DNA from: Clostridia bacterium
GTDB lineage: Bacteria > Bacillota > Clostridia > Christensenellales > UBA1242
Assembly: GCA_017467625.1 (NCBI GenBank)
Contig: JAFUSN010000004.1
Span: 403,963 to 467,962 of the forward strand
Direction: 5' to 3'
Length of the DNA stretch: 64,000 bases
Shown here piece by piece: positions 39,286 through 47,940 of the stretch. The notes under the pieces were generated by a model that had not been told where the DNA came from, did not search any database, and saw nothing but the letters and a program-made list of their open reading frames with translations. Position 1 is the stretch's first letter. Every line of letters starts with the position of its first letter. The position numbers and the translations under genes were made by a program.

Positions 39286-40305
39286 ATGAAAAATACTCTA
39301 AAAAGGTTATTACTATTATTTCTAGTTGTGATTTGTCCAATCACAGTCTTTTTGACTGCATGTGGAGCAACGGCAACAAACACCGTCAACGGTGTTACAT
39401 TTGTTTCTAAAAAATATGATGATGAAACCGGTTTTGCTGTTTTTGAGGTAGATTTAAATACTCCAACCAAACTGACTTACAAGGCGTCACCTTCAACTTG
39501 GTCTGGTTACACAGTAACTTACACAGTGGTTGGTGATGAGGGAATCAACCAGTCAAGATACACTCTTGAAAATGGTGAAATAACAGTAAGTGATGCAGCT
39601 TTTCAAAGAATTAGAGTTATGATAACAATCAATCGTCATTCAAGTTTTTGTTTCGTTCAATTAAAAGAGTACCCTTCATCAATAAAACTTGAACACAATG
39701 AAGTTGTGTTAAATGCTCATGGATCATACACAATTCCAGTTATTGGTGTATTTAATGGTGTTGAAAAATATATTTCAGATAGTGATTACAATTTTGAAAT
39801 TTCAACTAGTGATGAAACAACGGTGTCTGTTCCTGATAAAACAAGGCTTAAAGTTACATCTTTAATGGATAGAGTTGATTCAGCGACGATAACAATTAAA
39901 TTAAATGATACAACTGGTGAAAGAACAAAATATGAACTTACGCTTAAAGTTAATGTTGTTAAAAATGTTAATGATGGCTATGCAGTTACTGATGGAAAAG
40001 AAACTTTTGTTCAAGATGGTGATGAGTTTGATTTAAATCTTTCAGATTTAAACACAAATGAAAATGGCGATTATTTGTTTAACTACAAGTTATTCACATT
40101 CAGTTTGTCAGGATATTATGTTTATCCAAATATTGAATGTTTAACCAATCAAGGAAGATTGTGCGCTGTTGACAATGAAAATCATCAAATTATCATTGAT
40201 AAAAATATTGATTTAAATACAGAAATTAAAATTGGTTTATGGACAAATTTAACAAAAACTGACGGAACTACATTTGGAATTACATTTACTGTAACAGTTA
40301 AATAA
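39286..40305 (+). CDS. lipoprotein with Ig-like (Big_2-like) segments, unknown function
   Basis: Lipobox LTAC; beta-rich sequence; AGGAG SD. Confidence 0.65.
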   Translation: MKNTLKRLLLLFLVVICPITVFLTACGATATNTVNGVTFVSKKYDDETGFAVFEVDLNTPTKLTYKASPSTWSGYTVTYTVVGDEGINQSRYTLENGEITVSDAAFQRIRVMITINRHSSFCFVQLKEYPSSIKLEHNEVVLNAHGSYTIPVIGVFNGVEKYISDSDYNFEISTSDETTVSVPDKTRLKVTSLMDRVDSATITIKLNDTTGERTKYELTLKVNVVKNVNDGYAVTDGKETFVQDGDEFDLNLSDLNTNENGDYLFNYKLFTFSLSGYYVYPNIECLTNQGRLCAVDNENHQIIIDKNIDLNTEIKIGLWTNLTKTDGTTFGITFTVTVK

Positions 40306-40316
40306 ACTAATGCTAT

Positions 40317-40347
40317 AAAAAGATGAGGAATTTCCTCATCTTTTTTT
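40317..40347 (+). terminator. intrinsic terminator
   Basis: aaaagatgagga/tcctcatctttt stem followed by T7. Confidence 0.85.
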
Positions 40348-40377
40348 GTTGAAAATCAACTTTTTTTCAAAAGGGTA

Positions 40378-40406
40378 TTGAAATTGATAAAAAGGTGTGA
40401 TATAAT
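40378..40406 (+). promoter_or_regulatory. promoter P1: TTGAAA-17-TATAAT with TG extension
   Basis: TTGAAA 40378-40383; TGATATAAT ending at 40406; about 150 nt upstream of the next start codon. Confidence 0.6.
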
Positions 40407-40504
40407 ATGGTTAATTGGTTATAAAAAATAAACCATCAAAAACTTGCAATCGCTGAAAATATCGGGATTTAGGTTTTTTTTGGGTATTTTTTTTGAGAAG
40501 AGTA

Positions 40505-40533
40505 TTGACTTTTCTTTCCAATAGTAGTATAAT
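40505..40533 (+). promoter_or_regulatory. promoter P2: TTGACT-17-TATAAT
   Basis: TTGACT 40505-40510; TATAAT 40528-40533; 30 nt before ATG 40564. Confidence 0.65.
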
Positions 40534-40563
40534 GTGTTAAACAAAAAAAGGGAGATGGTAAAA

Positions 40564-42564
40564 ATGAAAAAGAAGAATTTATTTTTATCTTTAATTTGTA
40601 GCATTTTGTTAACAATTGCGCTTGTTACTGTGACAGTTGTTAACGTTGTTTCACCTTTGAAATCAAAAGGTGGAAATTCTAACGTGCCTCAACAAACAGA
40701 AGAGGTTAATGTTGATCCAGGGGAGCCAGAAACTCCAGTAGTTGATCCAACTGCTGATTATGAACTTCATAACTCAACTGCTGATGGAACAAAAGAAAAC
40801 GCATACTATATTTATGATGTTGAGTCATTCAATCTTTTGAAAGAACATGGAACTGAAAATGCATACTTTGAAGTTGTTGAAGATGTTGATTTTGCAGGTG
40901 TTGACTATGTAACAATTTTTGAAGATGAAGCATTTAACGGAATTATTATTTCAGGTAACAAAGTTCTTAAGAACATTCACATCACTGTAACTAAAGCAAA
41001 TCTTGAATCATTCTTATTTGAAGATGGAACAGATTTTAGTGCAGCAATTGCAATTTTAGGAAAGGTTGATGGTGAAGCTCTTGAAACTCTTGAAAATGAA
41101 AAGGCAGATCTTGAAGCAGCTATTGCAGCAAAAGATGTTGAAATTGCTGATTTAGAAGCAACAGGGGATGCTGATGAAGCTCTTCTTGAAAGTCTTAAGG
41201 GTGAAAAGGAAACACTTGAAGCTGAACTTACTGCTAAAGAAGAAGAAATTGCAGCAAAAGATGCTGAAATTGCTGAACTTTTAGCTGATGAAAATGCTGA
41301 TCAAGCAGAAGTTGATGCACTTACTGCTGAAAAAGATGTTCTTCTTGCTGAATATGATGCAAAAGCAGAAGCAATTGAAGCAAATAGTGCAAGAATTACA
41401 GAAGTTGAAGCAGCAATTGAAAATCTTGCAGAACTTAAAGCTCAAAAAGAAGATCTTGAAAACAAACTTGAAGCAAACGAAGTTGCTCATGGTGAAGCTG
41501 GATATGTTGAACTTAATGTTGAAGGCTTAGTTGTAACAATTACTGATGAAGCTTATGCTTACATGAAAGAAGGTTATGCAACAGATACAAACAATTCAAT
41601 TAAACAAATTGTTGTTGCAGGTGTTGTTGGTTATGCTGATAATGCAACAATCGTTGTTAATGGTGATGTAACTGTTAATGCTGATCCATATGTTGTTTAC
41701 AGTACTGCAGATGTTCAGGCTGAAAACACAATGGGTGGTGTTGTTGCAATTGCTTCAAACACAGTTGTTGAAAATTCAAAAGTTGTTGTAACAATCAATT
41801 CTTCAAAAGCAACTAAATCATTTGTTGGTGGTGTTGCTGGCTATGGTTACGGAGTTGAAGTAAGAAATGTTGATGTAAAAGTTAATTTAAATTCACACTT
41901 TGATCAAGCTCTTAGAGTTGCAGGTGTTGTTGGATTTGGCAGATCACTTGTTGTTGAAAATGCTAAAGTTGAAATCAACGCAATTGAAAACGCAGAAAGA
42001 ATTAGCAACTATGCAATTATTGATGTTGAAAATGTTGACTCAAGAGTAACATCAATTGCAGGTATTGTAAACGTTGTTAGAGCAGATAATGATGATCAAA
42101 ATGCAACAATTGAAAATGTTCAAGTAACAATCAATGCTGAACAAGATGTTGTTGTTGCAGGTGTTGTTATTGAAGTTAGATCAAGAGATACAGATCCATC
42201 AATTGTTCATGTGACAATTAAAGATGCTGTTATTAAAACAACTTCAAACACAAATGTTCTTAAACTCTTTGCAGTTGCAAAAGAACTCAAAAATGCAAAA
42301 GTAATTTTCACACCAGCTGACGAAGACGCTGAACCAATCACATACATTGAACTTAAAGGTGAAGTTTTACTTTCAAGCACAGATGAAAACAATCCTGTTG
42401 TTGCACTCTTTGCTAGAAACGCAAGAACAACTGGAACTCTTTCAAACAGAGTAACATATTACACAAGAAATATTCCAAGATACACAGTTTCAACTCAAAT
42501 TCGTCAAAATCTTGGCAATGAAGATTCACTTTCATTTAATAACTTTGGTTCAATTGTTGATTAA
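40564..42564 (+). CDS. membrane-anchored surface protein: acidic coiled-coil + GLUG-like repeats
   Basis: N-terminal TM anchor; about 140-aa Ala/Glu coiled coil (41080-41500); recurring VAGVVG(Y/F)., VGGVAGYG motifs resembling the GLUG motif; ATG 40564 behind GGGAGA. Confidence 0.7.
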   Translation: MKKKNLFLSLICSILLTIALVTVTVVNVVSPLKSKGGNSNVPQQTEEVNVDPGEPETPVVDPTADYELHNSTADGTKENAYYIYDVESFNLLKEHGTENAYFEVVEDVDFAGVDYVTIFEDEAFNGIIISGNKVLKNIHITVTKANLESFLFEDGTDFSAAIAILGKVDGEALETLENEKADLEAAIAAKDVEIADLEATGDADEALLESLKGEKETLEAELTAKEEEIAAKDAEIAELLADENADQAEVDALTAEKDVLLAEYDAKAEAIEANSARITEVEAAIENLAELKAQKEDLENKLEANEVAHGEAGYVELNVEGLVVTITDEAYAYMKEGYATDTNNSIKQIVVAGVVGYADNATIVVNGDVTVNADPYVVYSTADVQAENTMGGVVAIASNTVVENSKVVVTINSSKATKSFVGGVAGYGYGVEVRNVDVKVNLNSHFDQALRVAGVVGFGRSLVVENAKVEINAIENAERISNYAIIDVENVDSRVTSIAGIVNVVRADNDDQNATIENVQVTINAEQDVVVAGVVIEVRSRDTDPSIVHVTIKDAVIKTTSNTNVLKLFAVAKELKNAKVIFTPADEDAEPITYIELKGEVLLSSTDENNPVVALFARNARTTGTLSNRVTYYTRNIPRYTVSTQIRQNLGNEDSLSFNNFGSIVD

Positions 42565-42573
42565 TTTGAAATG

Positions 42574-42605
42574 AAAAGAAGTGCTTAGTGCACTTCTTTT
42601 TTTTG
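42574..42605 (+). terminator. intrinsic terminator
   Basis: gaagtgc/gcacttc stem followed by T8. Confidence 0.8.
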
Positions 42606-42674
42606 CGCTTGATTTGTTTGACATAATTTGGTTAATTATTATATATTTATTATGTAATAATAAACGGGGGCGCA

Positions 42675-44060
42675 ATGAAAAACTCAATTAAGTTAGCGTT
42701 AATCTTTGTTGGAATTGTTGTCGTTGTTATAGTCGGGGCAATCGCCGGCTATTTTGTCATTGAACAAAATAAAACTTTTTATATTTATGATTTAAGATTT
42801 GTGGAACCTGTTGAAAATGTTGGTGGATACATTTACACCAGTGATAGTGTGGAATATAAATTCATGCAAAATCAAACGGTTTATATGAGTTCAACTCAAG
42901 AAGATAAATTTCCAATTGCTGTTTATGTTTCAACGTCAAATGGAAGTAGAGATGTTGTTTTGTCTTCATCAAATCCAACTGTTGCAAGTGTTGTTTATGA
43001 ATCATCAAGATGTTTTGTTAAATATTTAAGAGAAGGTGAGGCAACGATAACAGCAAAACTTGGTGCAGTTGAAGATAGTTTTGCAGTTTCTGTTCATAGC
43101 GAGCCCGCCGAAGAACTTACGGTTTATGACGTTAATTATTATGGAAAATATGCAAATTATTATCCAAACAAAATTATTTGCTATGCTGATAGCAATGAAT
43201 ATACATATGGTTATGTGGCTAAAGATGCATCCGGAAAAGAAGATGTAAATAATTCGTACCTAAGAGTCATGAATTCTTATAACAAAGATGTTTTTGAAAA
43301 AGTATACATTGATGCAGTTAGCAAAAATTTAGTTTTAGTCGCAAAAGATGGTTTAACCAGAAATGTTAACGAAACAATTGCAATACAATCATTTAACCAA
43401 AGTTCCGAAGGAATTAAGGTTGTTGCAAATTATTATGTTGATGTTTATATTGTTGCGTACACTCCAAAATTTATTGAAATGGAAGTTTCAACAAGTCCGG
43501 ATTTTGATGATCATATCATTTTACTTGATAGGGAGTATGTGACAGATACAGAAGTTGAGGCTGATCCAACACTTATTGAAAATTATCTTGATTATCAAGA
43601 AGAAATTGGAAGAGTTTTGGCTCGTGGTGAAAAAGGAATATCAAATTTATATTTAACCGAAAAAGCCGATACGCTTTATGTAAGATTTAGAAAGGTTTTC
43701 ACAAATGGTGATGTTGTTTATTTAAATCAAACAGATAACAATCATTTGATTACATGTGATGCTGGTTATTTGACAATTTCAGCAAATGGGCTTTATTATA
43801 CACTTGTTTTGGATGATACTTATTTTTCATCACCGGGCAAAACCTTTGATATTGATGTTGAATTGACTGACGGATATGATGTTGAAAACACATTTAAAAT
43901 TGAATATGCGGAATTTAATGTGGCAAACTTTAATAAATTCTATTCAAAAAATGAAGAAACAAATGAATATAACTACATCTATTGGGATGAGCGTTCACAC
44001 TATGATGGCGAAATTTATATTGATGGAAAGCTTGTTGCTGTTGCAGGAATAACGGATTAG
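42675..44060 (+). CDS. membrane-anchored extracellular protein with Big_2-like Ig domain
   Basis: N-terminal TM helix; LSSSNPTVASVV....GEATITAKLG..EDSFAVSV matches the Big_2 pattern. Confidence 0.7.
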   Translation: MKNSIKLALIFVGIVVVVIVGAIAGYFVIEQNKTFYIYDLRFVEPVENVGGYIYTSDSVEYKFMQNQTVYMSSTQEDKFPIAVYVSTSNGSRDVVLSSSNPTVASVVYESSRCFVKYLREGEATITAKLGAVEDSFAVSVHSEPAEELTVYDVNYYGKYANYYPNKIICYADSNEYTYGYVAKDASGKEDVNNSYLRVMNSYNKDVFEKVYIDAVSKNLVLVAKDGLTRNVNETIAIQSFNQSSEGIKVVANYYVDVYIVAYTPKFIEMEVSTSPDFDDHIILLDREYVTDTEVEADPTLIENYLDYQEEIGRVLARGEKGISNLYLTEKADTLYVRFRKVFTNGDVVYLNQTDNNHLITCDAGYLTISANGLYYTLVLDDTYFSSPGKTFDIDVELTDGYDVENTFKIEYAEFNVANFNKFYSKNEETNEYNYIYWDERSHYDGEIYIDGKLVAVAGITD

Positions 44061-44067
44061 GTGAAAA

Positions 44068-44331
44068 ATGGTTCCAGACACATTTATTGAATATTATTAT
44101 GGGAAATATAAAAGTGTTGATTTACATCAAATGACAAAAGAGGAGTCCAGGGCTGAACTTGTTTACACATTAAATTCTCTTGATACAGATACAAAATGTT
44201 TGGTGGTGATTCATGGATATCATGGTGGAACAGTGATTAAAAATTTAGTTAAAAAAGAATTTAAACACCCAAGAATTGCTGAAAAGATTACTCTTGACGC
44301 TGCTAGAACAATATTTTTAATAAAAAGTTAA
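44068..44331 (+). CDS. stand-alone Smr (small MutS-related) domain protein
   Basis: 87 aa; VDLHQMTKEES...CLVVIHGYHGG..IKNLV pattern parallels Smr LDLHG...IIHGkGxG; 7-nt gap from the upstream gene. Confidence 0.55.
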   Translation: MVPDTFIEYYYGKYKSVDLHQMTKEESRAELVYTLNSLDTDTKCLVVIHGYHGGTVIKNLVKKEFKHPRIAEKITLDAARTIFLIKS

Positions 44332-44409
44332 AAAATTTTGTTAAAACTATGGAATTTGTGAAACTTGTGTGTTATAATAATATTACTAAATATGGGGAGA
44401 AATGTGAAA

Positions 44410-44598
44410 ATGGATATTTCAAAAAAAGCGCTTATAATTACACTTGTTATAAATTTATTAATTCTTTGTGCAGGTGTTGCATGCATGTTTTTACTTAACT
44501 TTAGTGTTTTGTCAATTGGATTATTTGCAGGAATTGCAGTTTTGGTTCTTGTATCTTCAATTTTAGTTTGGCACTACGGAAAGAATTTTAAGAAATAA
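44410..44598 (+). CDS. small 2-TM membrane protein
   Basis: Two hydrophobic helices; GGGGAG SD about 9 nt upstream of ATG 44410. Confidence 0.5.
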   Translation: MDISKKALIITLVINLLILCAGVACMFLLNFSVLSIGLFAGIAVLVLVSSILVWHYGKNFKK

Positions 44599-44604
44599 CA
44601 TAAA

Positions 44605-44636
44605 AAATACAAGCCCTTTGGGCTTGTTTTTTTTTG
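44605..44636 (+). terminator. intrinsic terminator
   Basis: acaagccc/gggcttgt stem followed by T9. Confidence 0.85.
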
Positions 44637-44688
44637 TGCAAAAAATGAATAAAAAATCTCATTTGGAAAATAATTCATTTGAGGTTAT

Positions 44689-45282
44689 ATGGAAAAGAAA
44701 TCTATTGCGGCCACAATATTGGTCATAATGCTAGCGCTTGTATTTTCAGTTGTTGGTGTCTGTTTTTCATCTTTTATTGCAAGTGCAAAAAAAATTGAGG
44801 TTCAAACGATAAAAATAAATTCATCAAATGGAATTGTTGTTTTTGTTGACGAAGAGAAAAAGCAAACAGCTAATGAGTTAAAACTTTCTGTCCTTGAAAC
44901 CGGGCTAAAACCAGCTACTGGAGAGGTTGATGCAGAAACTGAAATTCCAACAACAGTTAATGATGAGGGAACAACTGAAGGATATTATGGCAGTGTTTTT
45001 GTTGAATCAACTGCTGATTTTTGGGTCACAATTTCAAATATTTCAATTAAAGGAAGAAAAGATGCATCACTAATTGAAAAGGAGCGTAAAAACATTTATA
45101 TCACTATTAAAGGAGTTGAAAAAAGCACAAAGACATTTGAAGACAATATCGTTACACTTGGTAAAATTCAGGGGAGTGCGGATTTAATTGAAATTACAGT
45201 TTTTGTTTGGTTGGGTGCGCTGGCTGGTGACGATCTTGAGGGGGCAAAAATTAATTTTGATTTAAATTTCATAAAAGTCTAA
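44689..45282 (+). CDS. secreted or anchored hypothetical protein (very weak TasA/camelysin-like resemblance)
   Basis: N-terminal hydrophobic segment; beta-rich; C-terminal ..GDDLEGAKINFDLNF.. loosely recalls the TasA-family C-terminus; GAGG SD. Confidence 0.5.
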   Translation: MEKKSIAATILVIMLALVFSVVGVCFSSFIASAKKIEVQTIKINSSNGIVVFVDEEKKQTANELKLSVLETGLKPATGEVDAETEIPTTVNDEGTTEGYYGSVFVESTADFWVTISNISIKGRKDASLIEKERKNIYITIKGVEKSTKTFEDNIVTLGKIQGSADLIEITVFVWLGALAGDDLEGAKINFDLNFIKV

Positions 45283-45307
45283 TTTTTTGGTGAGATTTTA
45301 CCATACT

Positions 45308-46867
45308 ATGAATATGAAGAAAAATTCTTTTGTTTTTGGTATGGCATTACTCGCCATTTTTAATATTTTAGGAAAAGTTTTTGGTGCAATTTATCGTATT
45401 CCTTTGGCAAAATTTCTAGGGCCAGAGGGAATGGGGGTTTATCAATTAATTTTTACAATTTTTGCACTTATTTTAACTTTAACAACAACTGGGATTCCGG
45501 TTGCTGTTTCAAAGCTAACGGCAGAATTTGATGTTTCAAAAAAAGCCAGTTCAAAAACACTTCTTTTGACTGCCAATATTTTCGTTTTAAGTATTTCACT
45601 AATTGCCTGCCTAGCGGTTTTTCTTTTTGCAGATAAGTTTGCCACTTTTCAAGGTTATCCTGATGCTTATTTTTGTTATTATGCAATTTTACCAGCAATC
45701 CTGCTTTCAGGATTAATTTCGGTTTTTAGGGGCTATTTTCAGGGTAAACTTAAAATGTTTCCAACTGCATTTTCAATTTTGGTTGAACAAGTTGTTAAAC
45801 TTGTGATGGGATTGTTTTTAATCAAGAAACTTGCCTATAGGGGCATTAATTATGCAACATTTGGTGCTCTTTTAGGAATAAGTGCAAGTGAACTTGTTGC
45901 ATTTATTGTTATTTTTACAATTTTTCTATTTTCTCATAAAGAAAAGGAGAAGTTGAAATCTAAATTTGAGATGGGTTTTAAAAGTATTTTTAAACTGCTT
46001 TTGAAAACATCGTTTCCTGTGACTGTTTCAGGTATAATTTTGCCACTTTCAAGTGTAATTCAAAGCTTTTTGGTTGTTAAAATTTTAAGTAAACAAATGG
46101 ATATTTCTGTTGCAACTGGGCTTCTTGGAATTGAGTCGGGAGTGGTTGCCCCGCTTTTAAATTTTCCAGTTGCAATTGCCATTGCACTTTCAACTTCATT
46201 GATGCCAACTTTAACTTCTTTAATTGCAAAGAGGGAGACTGATAAAGTTGAAAAAACAATTTTAAAAGCTCACAAAATTGTTTTAAGTGTTTCGCTTGTA
46301 AGTGCTGTTTGTTTTGCGGTTTTTGCCGGCCAAATTGTTGATATATTATTTTCAAAAACACTTAATGTTGAAAATTTTTTAATTGCTGTTAAACTTGTTA
46401 GTTTAAGTTCAATAAACATTGTATTTTTGTCGTTAATTCAGGTTGAAACAGGCATTTTGCATGCAATTGGAAATATGAAATTTCCTGCAATTTCCCTTGC
46501 AATTGGAACCGTTGTAAAACTTACTCTTTCGGCAATATTATTATCTCTTCCGTCAATAAACATTATGGGCATAATAATTGCTGAAATTATTGCTTTTTTG
46601 TTAATTTTTATTTTGGACTATTATATGGTGAAAAAGTATACAAAATTTAGAATTTTTTCAGTATATAAAAGCGTTGTTATTCAAGCGGCTTTAATTGCGC
46701 TTATTTCGTTTATTTCAAACAAAATGTTTATTGAAATTTTTAGTGAAAAAATTGCTTTTATGTTAGCTGGTGGCATAGTGGTTTTAATTTACATAATTTC
46801 ATATTATTTAATGTTTATTCGTGAAAAGCGAACTTCGGTTTTAGTTATGAAAGAATTAAAAAATTAG
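45308..46867 (+). CDS. MOP-superfamily flippase (SpoVB/YabM/MurJ-like polysaccharide biosynthesis protein)
   Basis: About 14 TM helices; N-terminal ..LGKVFGAIYRIPLAKFLGPEGMGVYQ.. pattern typical of the family; exact start uncertain (45308 or 45314). Confidence 0.75.
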   Translation: MNMKKNSFVFGMALLAIFNILGKVFGAIYRIPLAKFLGPEGMGVYQLIFTIFALILTLTTTGIPVAVSKLTAEFDVSKKASSKTLLLTANIFVLSISLIACLAVFLFADKFATFQGYPDAYFCYYAILPAILLSGLISVFRGYFQGKLKMFPTAFSILVEQVVKLVMGLFLIKKLAYRGINYATFGALLGISASELVAFIVIFTIFLFSHKEKEKLKSKFEMGFKSIFKLLLKTSFPVTVSGIILPLSSVIQSFLVVKILSKQMDISVATGLLGIESGVVAPLLNFPVAIAIALSTSLMPTLTSLIAKRETDKVEKTILKAHKIVLSVSLVSAVCFAVFAGQIVDILFSKTLNVENFLIAVKLVSLSSINIVFLSLIQVETGILHAIGNMKFPAISLAIGTVVKLTLSAILLSLPSINIMGIIIAEIIAFLLIFILDYYMVKKYTKFRIFSVYKSVVIQAALIALISFISNKMFIEIFSEKIAFMLAGGIVVLIYIISYYLMFIREKRTSVLVMKELKN

Positions 46868-46902
46868 TTGAAAATGATGTTGTAATTTGATACACTTACT
46901 TT

Positions 46903-47838
46903 ATGGTTAAAATAAAAAATATTGAATTGAAGTCTAATTTAATTTTGGCGCCAATGGCTGGATTTAGTGATGTTGCGTTTAGAAATTTATGTTTAAAAAA
47001 TGGAGCCGGCCTTGTTACGACGGAGATGGTCAGTAGTAAAGCACTTTCATACGGGAACAAAAAAACTGAGGAACTTTTGGTTACGCTTGATGATGAAGTT
47101 CCAAAGGCTGTTCAAATTTTTGGGCATGATCCTGAGGCAATGGCAGATGCTGTTAAAAATCCATTGCTTCAAAAATTTGATATAATTGATATAAATATGG
47201 GTTGTCCAGCACCTAAAATTGTTCGTAATGGTGATGGTTCAGCGCTTTTAAAAAATTTTGAACTTGCTGAAAAAATTATTCGTGCATGCACCAAAAACAC
47301 TGATAAACCAGTTACTGTTAAATTTAGAATTGGTTATGGTGCATCAAGTAATGTTGCAACAGAATTTGCACAACTTTGTGAAAGAGCAGGAGCGGCGGCA
47401 ATTACAATTCATGGAAGAACGACTGCGCAGGGTTACGCTGGAAATGTTAACTATGATGCAATTGCACAGGCAAAAAAGGCTGTAAAAATTCCAGTTTTTG
47501 CTAATGGAAATTGCTTAAACCGAGAAGATTATTTAAAAATTTTAAATGAAACAGGTGCTGATGGAATTATGATTGGAAGAGGTGCGCTTGGAAGACCTGA
47601 AATTTTTAATGAAATCTTAACAGGAAAAGAAACAAAAATAAATAAACTTGATCAAATTAAATTTCATTATGAAACTTTGCTTAAATTTTTTCATGAAAGG
47701 CAAGTTGTTTTGATGATGAGGGGACACATTTCATCATACATGAAAGGGAAATATAAAAATGTTGAAGTTTTAAAATCAATTCTTAAAATGGAAACATATG
47801 ATGAAATTTTGCAAACTTTAACAAAAAACATGGCGTAA
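46903..47838 (+). CDS. dusB: tRNA-dihydrouridine synthase
   Basis: LAPMAGFSD, IDINMGCP (catalytic Cys), HGRT, ANG motifs. Confidence 0.9.
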   Translation: MVKIKNIELKSNLILAPMAGFSDVAFRNLCLKNGAGLVTTEMVSSKALSYGNKKTEELLVTLDDEVPKAVQIFGHDPEAMADAVKNPLLQKFDIIDINMGCPAPKIVRNGDGSALLKNFELAEKIIRACTKNTDKPVTVKFRIGYGASSNVATEFAQLCERAGAAAITIHGRTTAQGYAGNVNYDAIAQAKKAVKIPVFANGNCLNREDYLKILNETGADGIMIGRGALGRPEIFNEILTGKETKINKLDQIKFHYETLLKFFHERQVVLMMRGHISSYMKGKYKNVEVLKSILKMETYDEILQTLTKNMA

Positions 47839-47862
47839 TGCTTGAAAATATGGGTTGCTTTG

Positions 47863-47892
47863 TTGACAATCCGTATTTTTTTTAATTATAAT
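47863..47892 (+). promoter_or_regulatory. promoter TTGACA-18-TATAAT upstream of pgk
   Basis: TTGACA 47863-47868; TATAAT 47887-47892. Confidence 0.55.
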
Positions 47893-47940
47893 ATATTCGT
47901 AGAATAATAAGTTCTATAAAACCATTATTGAGGTTAAGTT

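Noticed and set aside
40407-40604. Mini-ORF MVNWL directly after the P1 -10 box, and the 61-aa minus-strand ORF 40419..40604
   Set aside because: The mini-ORF ATG lies upstream of the expected TSS. The minus ORF spans promoter elements, has no SD and has a low-complexity AT-driven sequence.
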